Shown here: piece by piece, positions 49,238 to 60,744 of the stretch
Numbering within the stretch: the first letter of the stretch is position 1
How the letters are laid out: each line of letters starts with the position of its first letter
Assembly: GCA_973895155.1 (NCBI GenBank)
Contig: OZ316894.1
Location: 15,368,699 to 15,432,698, forward strand
Direction of reading: 5' to 3'
From: Marsupella aquatica
Lineage: Eukaryota > Plantae > Marchantiophyta
Length of the DNA stretch: 64,000 nucleotides
The notes under the pieces: generated by a model
What the model saw: only the letters and a program-made list of their open reading frames with translations
Databases searched by the model: none
Told to the model about the DNA's origin: nothing
Position numbers and translations under genes: made by a program

Positions 49238-52200
49238 TCATATGAGAAAGTCACAAAAAATGTTGTTTTTCACAACTTTTCAAAAAACTCAAAACTCAAC
49301 ACCGCCGCGTAGCCCACAAAGCTAGGAGTCCAATACTGAAAACCGAAATCAAAATCGAAATTTGACGGAAAAGTTATTCAAATTTCGGTCGAGGTGGGTA
49401 AAACCTTGGGAAACTCCCTCGTTTTGACCACCTCAGGGAATAACCGAAATACCAAGTACAACCCGTTGTCGGAATTGCGATGTGATTGGTGCGCTGCATT
49501 GCCAACTTCAATGGCTACGACCTCGCCGAAAAATAACCAAAAAAGTTACCGTTCGGCGGATGAAATCTTTGTCGGACGGTCAAAAAATAGCTCTCTGGTT
49601 TTTTGGAATATTCTATGACCCTTGTACAGGCCCTGTGGGAATTTTGGAAGAACAATCGAGGGGCTGACATGTGTCCTCGAACCCCCAAAACCCCCTACCA
49701 CCCTTCGTCGTCGAAATCTGGTCGCGCGCGCAGAAAATACACACGGCAGAATGTACCCCTCGACACCAAACGCAAGATATCTCACTCGGGTTTTGACAAA
49801 ATCAAGATCCGATTTCAGATTTGGAAACTAGACTCCGAGGCGATGAAGATCGATATAAGAAGCACCCAAAACGAGGAAAGAACGAGGGAGAAAAAAAATT
49901 GGTAAAGATGACAGATTTCTCTAAATTGCCATAGCCAATTTCGAATCAGTTTTTCAAAGAGAAAAAAATGGTACCTTGTCAACAACGAATGTTGATCAAT
50001 TGCACTTGGTGCCTTCACCAAGTCCAACAAGGTAATTGATTTTGCTTAGCCTTCCTCTTTGCATCAAAGAGCCAATCCCGGACTCAAAAACAATCGTCTT
50101 GCCTCAATCTCTCCGTTGAGTCAAAACACTTGACGCTTCTCCCTCCGAGTCGATTGCCAACTTTCTTCACAAAATCCAGAACGACGAAAACTTAGATCTC
50201 TCTGCACCACGAGCTCCGTTCAACGATTTCTTCACACCGTTAGAAAGCTCTTGCCCTGATCTATCCGTTGAGCCCATAAACTCCAAGTTCCATGCGATGG
50301 AACTCTGGAAAATCCACCAACACTCAACGCTGGAAAAACCGTCATGAAATCCCGTCACGAACACACGTCACCTCCCAAGCATGCTCTGATACCAATTGTT
50401 GAGCATAGACGACGATCGCAACGGCAAGCCCATGAACCATCCAACGCACAATAGTCGACACAAGAGATACGTGGTTCACCTCCTTGAGGCTACGTTTACG
50501 GGAACACACAAGAGAGCTTTACTGAACTCTAAGCCCGTCGGCTATACCGAGTCTCCACAGTGTAAGCTCTCCCTATCTCTCAAGTGGCTCCATAACAATG
50601 AGCCTTGGTTCTACCTCTCCAAGCACACATGCCTCTTATGATATAGTGTGCAACTTAGTTGTACCTAACCACATAGTTGTACCTAACCACATAGTTGTAC
50701 CTAATCACGTAGTTGTACCTAACCACATAGTTGTACCTAATCACGTAGTTGTACCTAACCACATAGTTGTACCTAATCACATAGTTGTACCTAACCACGT
50801 AGTTGTACCAACCCACGTTGTTGTACCAACCACGTCATACCTAACCTAGACGTAAGAGTAAATACCCAACACCCAGCGCTAGTAATGTTAATTTATTTTT
50901 ATAGCCCAATTTTCAAAAAAATTTCTCATAAATATACTCAACATGATGTTATTTTAAAGGGTCTAAGCGAGTGTGACATTACTAGCTCCCGACGCTAGTA
51001 ATGTTAATTCATTTTTATAGCCCAATTTTCAAAAAAAATTCTCATAAATATACTCAATATGATGTTATTTTAAAGGGTCTAAGCGAGTGTGACATTACTA
51101 GCTCCCGGCGCTAGTAATGTTAATTCATTTTTATAGCCCAATTTTCTAAAAAAATTCTCATAAATATACTCAATATGATGTTATTTTAAAGGGTCTAAGC
51201 GAGTGTGACATTATTAGCTCCTGGCGCTAGTAATGTTAATTCATTTTTATAGCCCAATTTTCTAAATTTTTTCTCACAAATATACTCAATATGATGTTAT
51301 TTTAAAGGGTCTAAGCGAGTGTGACATTACTAGCTCCCGGCGCTAGTAATGTTAATTCATTTTTATAGCCCAATTTTTAAAATTTTTTCTCATAAATATA
51401 CTCAATATGATGTTATTTTAAAGGGTCTAAGCGAGTGTGACATTACTAGCTCCCGACGCTAGTAATGTTAATTCATTTTTATAGCCTTTTTTGCTTAATT
51501 TTTTCTCATAAAGACACTAAAAATATTGTCATTTTGGAGGATCCAAACTGGTGTGATATTACTAGCTCCCGGCGCTAGTAATGTTAATTCATTTTTATAG
51601 CCTTTTTTGCTTAATTTTTTCTCATAAAGACACTAAAAATAGTGTCATTTTGGAGGATCCAAACTGGTGTGATATTACTAGCTCCCGGCGCTAGTAATGT
51701 TAATTCATTTTTATAGCCTTTTTTGCTTAATTTTTTCTCATAAAGACACTAAAAATAGTGTCATTTTGGAGGATCCAAACTGGTGTGATATTACTAGCTC
51801 CTGGCGCTAGCAATATTCCTTCATTTTTATTACCTTTTTGCCTGTTGTTTTATGTAACATGCTCAAAATACTCTCATTTTGGAGGGTCTAGGTGGGTGTG
51901 ACATTACTAGCTCCCGGCGCTAGTAATGTTAATTCATTTTTATATCCTTTTTTGCTTAATTTTTACTCATAAAGACACTCAAAATAGTGTCATTTTGGAG
52001 GGTCTAGGTGGGTGTGACATTACTAGCTCCCGGCGCTAGTAATGTTAATTCATTTTTATATCCTTTTTTGCTTAATTTTTACTCATAAAGACACTCAAAA
52101 TAGTGTCATTTTGGAGTGTCTTGGTGAGTTGAATATTACTAGGTCTCGGCGCTAGTAACATTTTTAAATGTTTTATACTAATTTTAGCTCAATTTTTGTA

Positions 52201-54056
52201 TAAAAATTCTTAAAATAATATCATTCTTAGAGGGGTCAAGCCAAGTAGGATATTACCAGCGCCCGACGCTAGTAACATTTGTATTTTTTTTATTAAATTT
52301 GTTGTATGGGTTTATGTTTATTATTTCTTGTAATTAACTCTTCTACCAAATTTTCTTTAAAAAATGATGGATGTTTTTACACATAAATGTGTCATTTGAT
52401 GATAGCACCTATTACTTTTATCAATCAATACGTCAAATAAATATGATTTATGATAGCGCCTAGTGCTATTATACATTCTGCACAAGATTTTAGGACTATT
52501 GAGATAGCAATTAGGTACTAAATTATGGATTATATCATATAAATATATTCAATTTGTCTCAATTTCTTTTGCATCTGGAGCTATTATGGGATTTATTCCT
52601 AGATTTAATCCAATAGTTTAATCTTCATGACCTTTAAACACATCAAATTATGCCAATTTTGTATAGTAGAGTATGGCATTACTATCATATTTTCCTTGTT
52701 CTATACTAGATATTTTGGGGTCACTAGAGAGCGTCAAACTCTAATCCTATTGTAGCCCAAAACTTTTCTCATTTTCTTAAGCACATCACCTTCTTATGAA
52801 AATAATTTAGAAGTAATTCTAAGAAATTTTATGAAAATAACAACAACCCACATATATAGAATCAACAACTTGAAAAATATAATGATGTTTGTGGTTTGAA
52901 AAAGACAATTTAAACACTAGTCAAATTAATATTGTCCCAGATTTTCTTGCGAAATAAAGATTCAAATCACACTTGATTTTATAATTTGATCCCATTTGTG
53001 TGTATATCCGTCACATGGGTTCATAAATTTTTGTTACCCATGTGAAATTATATCCATACATTGATATTTATGTTCAAGAAATTACAAAAACATTCATGAG
53101 ATTTCCTATATTGAAGGTTTGATTTAATTAGAAATTAGATTAAAAAATCTTCCAAATGAAGATTTTTTTGGCCAAGACTGTGCCCCTCACGTAAGCACTC
53201 TTTCAATAAACTTGATGATGATGTACACTTTAAGTCTCCTCCTTAGAATTTAAAGAGGATCAGATTTGGCCAAATACAAGAAATACGCACTTGGATTATA
53301 GGAGAAGTATATTGCATTTTTGTAAGCGTTCAACAAACATATGAATTTGTTGTATATTAATTGTAAATCTTGTCACTATGTAAAGACTATGATGGTATTT
53401 TGGCTAGCGTCGGGAGGGGGTGTTAATGATAACCCTTGCCAGAATGTTAAGTATCCACTGAAAAAAATATAAATTACATATTTTCCAATAAACCATGCAC
53501 ATTTTGTTTGCCTAACATGTGATGTAATTTGCTAATTGTAACCCTTGCAACTAATATGAAAACATACCATTGTATTTTGGCTAGCGCCCGACGCTAGTAA
53601 ACTTATCCCATTATGACAACGTGAGCGCAAAAACTCCTGTTATCTTCCTTGATTTTTCCTGTTATGATTTTTCCTGTTTACTGTTTCCTGTCACGGAGGT
53701 CAGGCCCCTATGTGATAGCTCTAGTATAGTAAATGAATATCATGTATTCATTGCTTGCAAGTTTTATGAGGGGGTTAGGATGGCATCTCAAATCTTGGTG
53801 AAAGATTTGTATGCATTGTTTGGTCTGCCCCCTCAGCAACTTGGAAGATATATCTTTGCGGTGGATAGGGAAAGGAGAATAGGTTTGGAAAATCTTTCAG
53901 GGCTCTCTAGGTCCATAGTTTCTTTGAGGACATAGTTGTCCTCTTCTGAGCAATCTCTTTTGGTTGCTCTTTTCTTTGATTGCATTGTACTTTACTTTTT
54001 GTGGCAGCTCCTTTGACTTTCATGGTCCCGGAGCTTATAATACATTACCATTACCA

Positions 54057-55692
54057 GTGTCCCCATGATATGAAGATCTGTTCGGCTCAGCACTTTCGCT
54101 GTGTGAGTCCATCGATGCTACTATCTCAGCCGCGGCCACCCCCACTTCAACAGGTGTAAAACTTGCTGCCCCCGCATCCAATGGAATTATTGGCAAGGTA
54201 TCTGTGGTCAATACATTAGGAATCTCTACCCGGCCCGGCGCAATCCGCAGCCTCTGACTTCCTTTGTTCCCATCCTCCTCACTACTAGAATTATCCTTCC
54301 CTCCCGGGCAGGTTCGGCCAGAGGGGGTTCAGCTTCCACTCGCATAAGAGCTTCAATTGCTTGTATATCTGTTATCACCGTGCCTTCCTCTCTAGGGACA
54401 ATTGGGCCTGCTCCCGTCCTTACTCTTAAGTTCATAGCTAGTTGCGTCCTCAGTACCTCTTCTGGGTCTCCTTCGGCTGTCGCATCCAATTCTTCAGGGG
54501 TGTCATCGATGTCCTCCCCATTGTTTTCCTGATCTGCTTCCGCTACTACATTCCTCCCTTCTTTGCACTCCCGAGCCAAATGGCCCCGCTTGTTGCACTT
54601 GAAGCAGTGGTAAGGTATGTTCTTGAATATTATCGGCTGCCATATGACAATGTCATCCCTGATCCTTACACGAGCACTCTTTGGCAATTCTCGTTCAGTA
54701 TCCCAGAGAATACAGGCTCTATCGTGGGGATAAGAGTTGTATTCAGCACCCTGAATGTAATGTAGCAGCTTGCCCAAAGACTCCGCAATCTTGATACGGC
54801 ACCCTTCCAGCACCAGAGCTCGAAAAGGGAGCTCGATCCATACAGGGAGCTTAGTAAACTTTTCAGCCCGAATGTCAAATGAGGGGTCCCAAGGGAATGT
54901 GTATACCAGCTTTCGCTCAAGGAACCATGGTGCAGACGACAAGGCAAGGTCTCTGTGATCCGCATTTTCAAAAACCACCAAGTAGAAGCTTTTTCCGACA
55001 AATTTGATTTGCAGCACCGGCCAATTTCTCCCCTCAACCATCCATTCTTCAATCCATGCTCGAAACCCAGGTAACATAGGAGTCCAATCCGTAAAGTAAC
55101 ATAGCATGCCGCAGTTGTATAATTGCTTGACATTGCACGCCGCTTCCTCAAGATTCTAGTCTACAGACGTAAACAGCTTAGTGCTCCAGTCTCCCTTTGA
55201 GTTCGCTGTGATTTCTTTTAGAATCGTAATACATTCCTCAGATACCTCCGTCCCCTCCTCTCCCTCAGAGTGTTCGCCCACATCCACCTCCTTGATCCCC
55301 GGCTCAGCACTATGCCCTTGATGGGGACCAGATTCAATTCCCTTCGCGCCGCGGTCAGCTGTTACCCGAGAGTGGATCCTCGTGGAATTGCGGGTCTCCC
55401 ATGTTGATGATGACAGCTCTATGTCTTTTCCTTTACGTCCTTGATCAGAATTGTCAAATAGATCATAGGGCTCCTGCGCCTTATACTGCGGGCATCTGAA
55501 AGAGGAACCTAGCAAGCCTCTACCATTAGGGGGAGCTGTACTCCGAGAATCCTGTTTGTTAAATCGTTCGTTTGCCTCCCTAGCATGAGCACTAATTCCT
55601 TCCTTGTTCCCCGGGGGAGCCAAGTCCGTGTGTCCACGTAGTTGTTCTGTCCTGTTCTTTCCTAACTCCGCCTCGGTTCCAATGATCGACAT
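54057..55692 (-). pseudogene. L1 ORF1 (DUF4283-like + zinc knuckle)
   Basis: APWFLER...KLPVWIELP...CFKCNKRGHLARECK; stop at 55156. Confidence 0.88.
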
Positions 55693-55758
55693 TACTTGGC
55701 TATGTCAGACAGTTAGATGAGAAAGTAAAACAGGGAGATGCATTTGGTAACTTTGAAA

Positions 55759-55842
55759 CTCATTCGTTGAAAAGAGCTTCATCCGGTAAATCTTGGGAGT
55801 TTCATTAGTAGGGGTCGGCAGGGCGCGACCGACCACCTGATA
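55759..55842 (-). pseudogene. RPL18a: 60S ribosomal protein L18a (eL20) N-terminal fragment
   Basis: Translates [28 protein letters not shown], matching the eL20 N-terminus. Confidence 0.88.
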
Positions 55843-56070
55843 TCTCGATCGTACTCTCTCCCCTATGGAAGACTACCGGCTTGGGCTGCCAGCCTTCTCT
55901 CTGTTTCAATTTGTTGTCCCTATGGTCAAACACTACTTGGTTAGTGGGTTAGGTCTATTTTTGTCTGTTTTGCCTTCAAGTAGGACATGGATGAATTGAG
56001 CTTGGAGGCAACAAAATGGCAAGGCCAAATCTGAATGGTTCCAGAAGTATGTGTGCTGCATTTTGATCTG

Positions 56071-56124
56071 GACAACCAATTGTAGAGTTGACTCTTTCTG
56101 AATGTTGTAGTCTGTTCTGCCTTC
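56071..56124 (-). pseudogene. Ubiquitin fragment
   Basis: [18 protein letters not shown] versus ubiquitin [21 protein letters not shown]. Confidence 0.8.
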
Positions 56125-56615
56125 AACTGGGCCATCGAGTATTGCTATTGTATTCACCCCAATGAGCAATGCTTCTCCCTTCAATCAGGTGAACGTACAG
56201 TTTGGTAGGGCCAACGCCATGTGATCATGTACTTGCTCTATAAAGTTCTGAATATATAAGCATTTTCTGTTAGACCAGGCAACTTGGGAGACTTTGCTAA
56301 TTGTCACCTGCATCTGAGGGGCTACACGGGGGGCATCAGTGGAGGTTCACTTGCACAACATCAGTGGAGGTTCACATTAGAGGAGGTTCACAGCCAGTGA
56401 ATTTCCTCTTTGCTGCAACCTGCAAGGTGAGACTTTCAGTCTTTCTACATGAAAAAACAGGATTTAGATATGATTGATATACATGTCCATCGAGAACATG
56501 GGTTTATTAACAAGCTCTTTGTCTTAGGAAACTCAGAAACTCAGCATCAAATATGTACTATGCACGTTTCATGCTATGTGTATACTGTGACCTGTAGTTG
56601 GAACCAAGACAGTGA

Positions 56616-57176
56616 GTGGGAACTGATAAGTTTAGGTTGGTTGCTGTTGGCGAGGCAAGTCAACCTCCTGCTCGCCTTGCTCATCAAAGGACGTCAACAG
56701 AGGACATCACAACAAAAGCAACACTTATGGTGAGGACCCGCAACGCTGAACATGTGCGGCTTGCATGCAAGGTAGAGATGTTGCGCCTAGAGTATGTCAG
56801 ACTTGGGATCCTTCCAGCCCAGTCTGCATGGTACTTTGAGTACCCTGTTGTTGCCAAGAACAACTACAGCCGGCCTCTACCTGCTTCAGTACCCTTTCCG
56901 ACATCCTTGGTATTTGTGTCTCTTGTACATGACCCGCCACAAATTAGGTGCCAAGGGTGTGTGCACAGTTGCCAATATGACTGTCCTGCTTGCAGGGCTT
57001 CTGGCCCAGAATTGGATGACCGTTCTCTTGGATGCCGATTTTTGCACAGAGCACAATGTATCATCTGGAACCACTCGCCATCCTACAGTGTGCCTGGTGA
57101 TGTCACTTGTCCTGCCCTCCCAGACCCCACCACTGGTGGCTTTGGTGTCTACACATGTTTGGATCACATGCTCTAG
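56616..57176 (+). CDS. Cys/His-rich ORF of unknown function
   Basis: 186-aa ORF with CQGCVHSCQYDCPAC; co-oriented with the other cargo ORFs. Confidence 0.35.
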   Translation: MGTDKFRLVAVGEASQPPARLAHQRTSTEDITTKATLMVRTRNAEHVRLACKVEMLRLEYVRLGILPAQSAWYFEYPVVAKNNYSRPLPASVPFPTSLVFVSLVHDPPQIRCQGCVHSCQYDCPACRASGPELDDRSLGCRFLHRAQCIIWNHSPSYSVPGDVTCPALPDPTTGGFGVYTCLDHML

Positions 57177-57874
57177 AGGACCACTTGTCACACCGCATGC
57201 ACAGACCAGATACCATTGACCTATACCTTAACACTCTGACTTCAACACAGAGGATATTTACTTAAAATTTTGATGTATGAGCAATTTTGGGTCCAGGGTT
57301 TAGGGTCAACAGTACATAACTTATCCTATAATGCCTGCACTACAGAAATATCCTAATTTAAGAGGCTAGCAAACTCACTTAAAAGTCTTTATTGAAAGAC
57401 TGCTTTCATGACTGCTTTAACCTGGTGAATATTGCAACATTCAATGAATTAATGGGCCATGTGATAACCTGCAAAATGTGATTTATGCTTGACTTATTTG
57501 TCTCAGCCACTATCATAGCCTATTTAAATAGGATGTATAAATTTCAACCCTTATGATACTGCTTCATACCAATCCTCTTCAAAGAATGCCTGTTTTACAT
57601 GGAATGACTATTGTATGTGATTGAAATGCATGAAATGTTGTTGCAGATCTCCTTTGTTGAATCATAGCCACAATTAAAAATTGAGGTGTTGGTGGAGCAA
57701 TTGTACTAGGGGATCAGTTTTCTGTGTGGGCTCAACATACCAAAAGTATGTTTGCTCCGCATCCTTGTGTGACCATTCCAATTCATTGCAGTAGCAAATG
57801 CCTTTGTACCTTACATGCTAAATTTTACTTTCTGTGCAGTCTGCTAAATTGTAGAGTCTATTTCATGCGCAGGC

Positions 57875-58554
57875 ATGGCACGCCCTAAAATTCAAGCAAA
57901 AAAGCGTGTGATAGAGGTGAGAAACACAGGTGTACTTGGGGCAGATGTTACTAACTTCTCTGCAAGTCAGATTTTCTAGAAGGCAGCTCATTGTTGTGCC
58001 ATTTGTGACGATGGTGGGGGCCTGGTCATCTGTGAGGGCCCTTGCATGAGGCATTTCCACCTCAACCCGGAGTCTGCCCTTGCGCCAGAAAACAACTGTC
58101 CAGGGGTGGGCCTCCCGTCAACACACCAGGGAGACTGGATGTGCACTGATTGTTTGGAGAAGCAGGCTAAGTGTGCACAGTGTGGGAAGTTGGGGTCCTA
58201 TGAGGGCTCTGTTGATGCTGCAGCAAATGTTAGGAAATGTCCAGACCGTTTTGTGTGAGATTTTTCTGTTTTGAGTGTTTGCCTGCTCATACTACAGCTT
58301 GTCCACTTCATAGGTGCAAGGCATGTGGTGAGCATGATGATGACTACTGGACTGACATAGTCCACTGTGCTAGGTGTCCCACTATGTGGCACTATCATTG
58401 CTTCAAAGATCGTCAAGCAGAGGGTTATGCTTGTGACAGAGAGATCTATGATCACTCTGCGCATGGTGTTGATCGATGGATATTTTATTGTCATCGCCAT
58501 GCCATTGATCCTACCTCGCGCACTCCTGTGAGAGATCACATATCTTGGCTGTGA
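57875..58554 (+). pseudogene. Stand-alone EDM2-like composite PHD finger module
   Basis: CAICDDGGGLVICEGPCMRHFH...CTDC...CAQCGKLGS...CPLHRCKAC...CARCPTMWHYHC...IFYCHRHAIDPTSRTPVRDHISW; one TAG at ~57977 and one frameshift at ~58250. Confidence 0.85.
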
Positions 58555-59146
58555 AGCTGAACATTGTACATGCACAGTGCACCTGATGTGGATGTACCAT
58601 TTTTGGAGATTGCAGAGATTCCAATTTTGAAAAGGAGTTGGGTAGGCAAGTTTATATAGGCAGCACTTATCCTGTGCTCTAGCGTCAGTAGCTAGGTACA
58701 TGCCTATAAAAACTTATCCTTACAAGCCTTCTTGGAAGTATTTAGGCTGAGTGGTCATTTTCATAAACACTCTCATCAGGCTGCTAAATTAAAACAGGAC
58801 TTCAAAGTTGTAAGCATATAAATTATGAGGCATGCAATTAATCAAATTGCCCTATAAGTTTGTCATTGAATGTATCCTCCTTTACAACAAAATATGTATG
58901 TGCCATGACAAGTTGGTTGCACTTCATTTCACCTTCGATATGGATTTTCGAGTATATATTCAAACAATGTCCTACATCCGTGCAGGTGCCTAGTACGTCT
59001 TGTTCACATATCCCCTGTACCTATTGAACTCGGACCTGAGCACCAGTGGACCGGATCAACTCAAAAAGCAAGAATTTTGTTGTCCTTGTATTGTCAGGTG
59101 AACCCATTCTTCCAAAATTTGCTCTGATCACGTAGGGTGTGTGTAC

Positions 59147-60019
59147 ATGGAGCCTGGGAAACGTAGAAAGTGTGACCACCCAGCAGTGTTTACAGGGGTC
59201 AGAGCCATTTTGGTCCATGGCCAACATGGGTTGACCAAAGTGCATTGGCCAACTATATAGAAACGATTCTCTGAGCTCCATGGCACTGTAGTTCAGGACA
59301 TCACTCCAGAGACTACACATGTTGTTGCAGGGACATGGCTATCAGTGATAAAGAAGTGGTCATGGTCCTACATGAATTCTGCAATTACAGAGCAAGGCCT
59401 AAAAGTAGTTGAGGCCTCTTGGATCACAGATTCCATAGCACATCAGATTGTACAGGATACTGAGCAATACGAACTGTGGGAGGATGAAGAAGCTACTGCA
59501 TCAGCTTGGGCTGAACAAGAAGTCTGGGAAGCAAAGGCACGGCTTGTTGATGTCCAATATGGACCTGTACTCAACAAAGGAGAGAGCTCAAGAAGGCTGA
59601 AGAGTATGTTGGCTGAAGAGACAAAGCAACCAACCCCCATTCTGAAAGGGCTGAGCATGGTATTTGTGGAGGCGGGAATTGGAGAGGTTAAGTGCAAAGT
59701 GTACAAGTCCACAGTGCTTGACCTAGGTGGGACAGTGGAGGAGAATATAACAGAGGACACCACTCATGTCATTACTAAGTCATATCCCAAAGCCTGCCGC
59801 AAGTTTGGGAAGGGAGACATTCGCTTTTATGTCATGTCCCATAATGTGTTTGTGGTTTCATATGCTTGGCTTGTGGAATCAGTAGCAGTTGGGAAGCATC
59901 AAAACCCAATGGACTATGATCTTTTTGAGGCCTGGCCATGGAAGGGTCAGGATCCTTACAGAGAGGACTATGAGACAACAAGTGAGGAATGGGTCATTAG
60001 CAATTCTGAATCAGAGTGA
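59147..60019 (+). pseudogene. Tandem BRCT-domain protein
   Basis: FTGV...HGTVVQDITPETTHVV...VVEASWITDSI and LKGL...LGGTVEENITEDTTHVI...VVSYAWLVESV; one TAG at ~59259. Confidence 0.8.
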
Positions 60020-60369
60020 GGAGTAGTAGCATCAGTTTGGACACAAGCTTTTTTGTATAAATGACATCATTGAAATAAATGTGATCTTTGAACTAATGTA
60101 CCTTGTTATGGTTGGTGGCAGTTGGACTTATTTTATTGTTGGCGGATTGTTGTTTCCTGCTGCCTGGGGGTGTCACTGTAAACGTACTGGGTGGGCTCAA
60201 ATCTCGGCGGCAGACTTTGGTGGGTATGTTGCCTTTCCTAGATCAACAGGCGCTATTACGGCTCCTCCTCCGGGTTGCCATATGGCTGGCCACAGTTAGG
60301 ACTCTCCTGCATGGGTTGGTGCTAAAACTTTTCTTGGCACCGCCCAAGGATGCAAGAGACGCTGAATCT

Positions 60370-60744
60370 ATGGTGAATGAGGATGCACAGTCTGAAGAGG
60401 ACATCTACTTTTCAGCAGATGAGTTAGACAAGCACGATGTTGTAGGTGGTTCGTTGTTGCCTGGTTTGGCAGATGATATAGTTCTTTCACATGTCTGGCC
60501 AAGGGTTCTTGTGGTGTCCTGCGCACAAGATATCTGCAAATATAGACAAATTAATACCTGGTGGAGGGACTTGGTAGCAACGTGCCCCCAGTGGAGGGCA
60601 TTGCATCCACTACTTGTAGGCATGGATGCAAGACCCCCATGGCATGAGCAGGGTTTAGACCTTGATGATTTAATGTACATGCCTGAGTACTTGAGGTCTG
60701 AGTGGCATCGAGAACAGGGTTGGTACCCATATCTCACCTGGTAA
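60370..60744 (+). CDS. Short F-box-only protein
   Basis: SLLPGLADDIVLSHVWPRV...YRQINTWWRDLV matches the plant F-box consensus LLPGLPDD...R.V...W; true start uncertain (open frame from 60103). Confidence 0.65.
   Translation: MVNEDAQSEEDIYFSADELDKHDVVGGSLLPGLADDIVLSHVWPRVLVVSCAQDICKYRQINTWWRDLVATCPQWRALHPLLVGMDARPPWHEQGLDLDDLMYMPEYLRSEWHREQGWYPYLTW

Larger units (their letters stand above)
44268..50871 (-). mobile_element. Full-length young Ty1/Copia retrotransposon
   Basis: 475-bp LTRs at 44268-44742 and 50397-50871 appear identical; TSD CCCAG; PBS TGGTATCAGAGC (tRNA-iMet, 50383-50394); PPT CAAGGGGAAGA. Confidence 0.97.
44130..52285. repeat. ~116-bp satellite, ~14 units, each with palindrome CATTACTAGC-n7-GCTAGTAATG; interrupted by the Copia
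   Basis: GTGTGA recurs at 50971, 51087, 51203, 51319, 51435, 51551, 51667, 51783, 51896, 52012; two more units left of 44268. Confidence 0.92.
43067..53707. mobile_element. Non-autonomous Mutator-like (MULE/foldback) element
   Basis: 8-bp TSD CTATGTGA at 43059-43066 and 53708-53715; imperfect ~85-bp TIRs (core CCGTGACAGGAAACAGTAAACAGGAA); AT-rich, no transposase. Confidence 0.85.
42761..54056 (+). mobile_element. 5'-truncated non-L1 LINE (RTE-X/Crack-like C-terminus), split by the MULE
   Basis: AQYRLSSHHLEVEQGRW...RVCQLC|DSSSIVNEYHVFIACKFY rejoins in frame across the MULE; 3' tail CATTACCATTACCA; ends approximate, no long TSD found. Confidence 0.75.
22709..55739 (-). mobile_element. Full-length L1-type LINE carrying nested insertions
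   Basis: 15-bp TSD GCATTTGGTAACTTT at 22694-22708 and 55740-55754; ORF1 and ORF2 pieces are colinear. Confidence 0.92.

Noticed and set aside
50877-52285. CRISPR-like array of palindromes
   Set aside because: The intervening sequences are near-copies of each other, there are no cas genes, and the context is eukaryotic; it is a satellite.
57120-57176. GGFGVYTCLD as the start of a second SET domain
   Set aside because: No downstream NHS or GEEL..Y motifs noticed; match too short.
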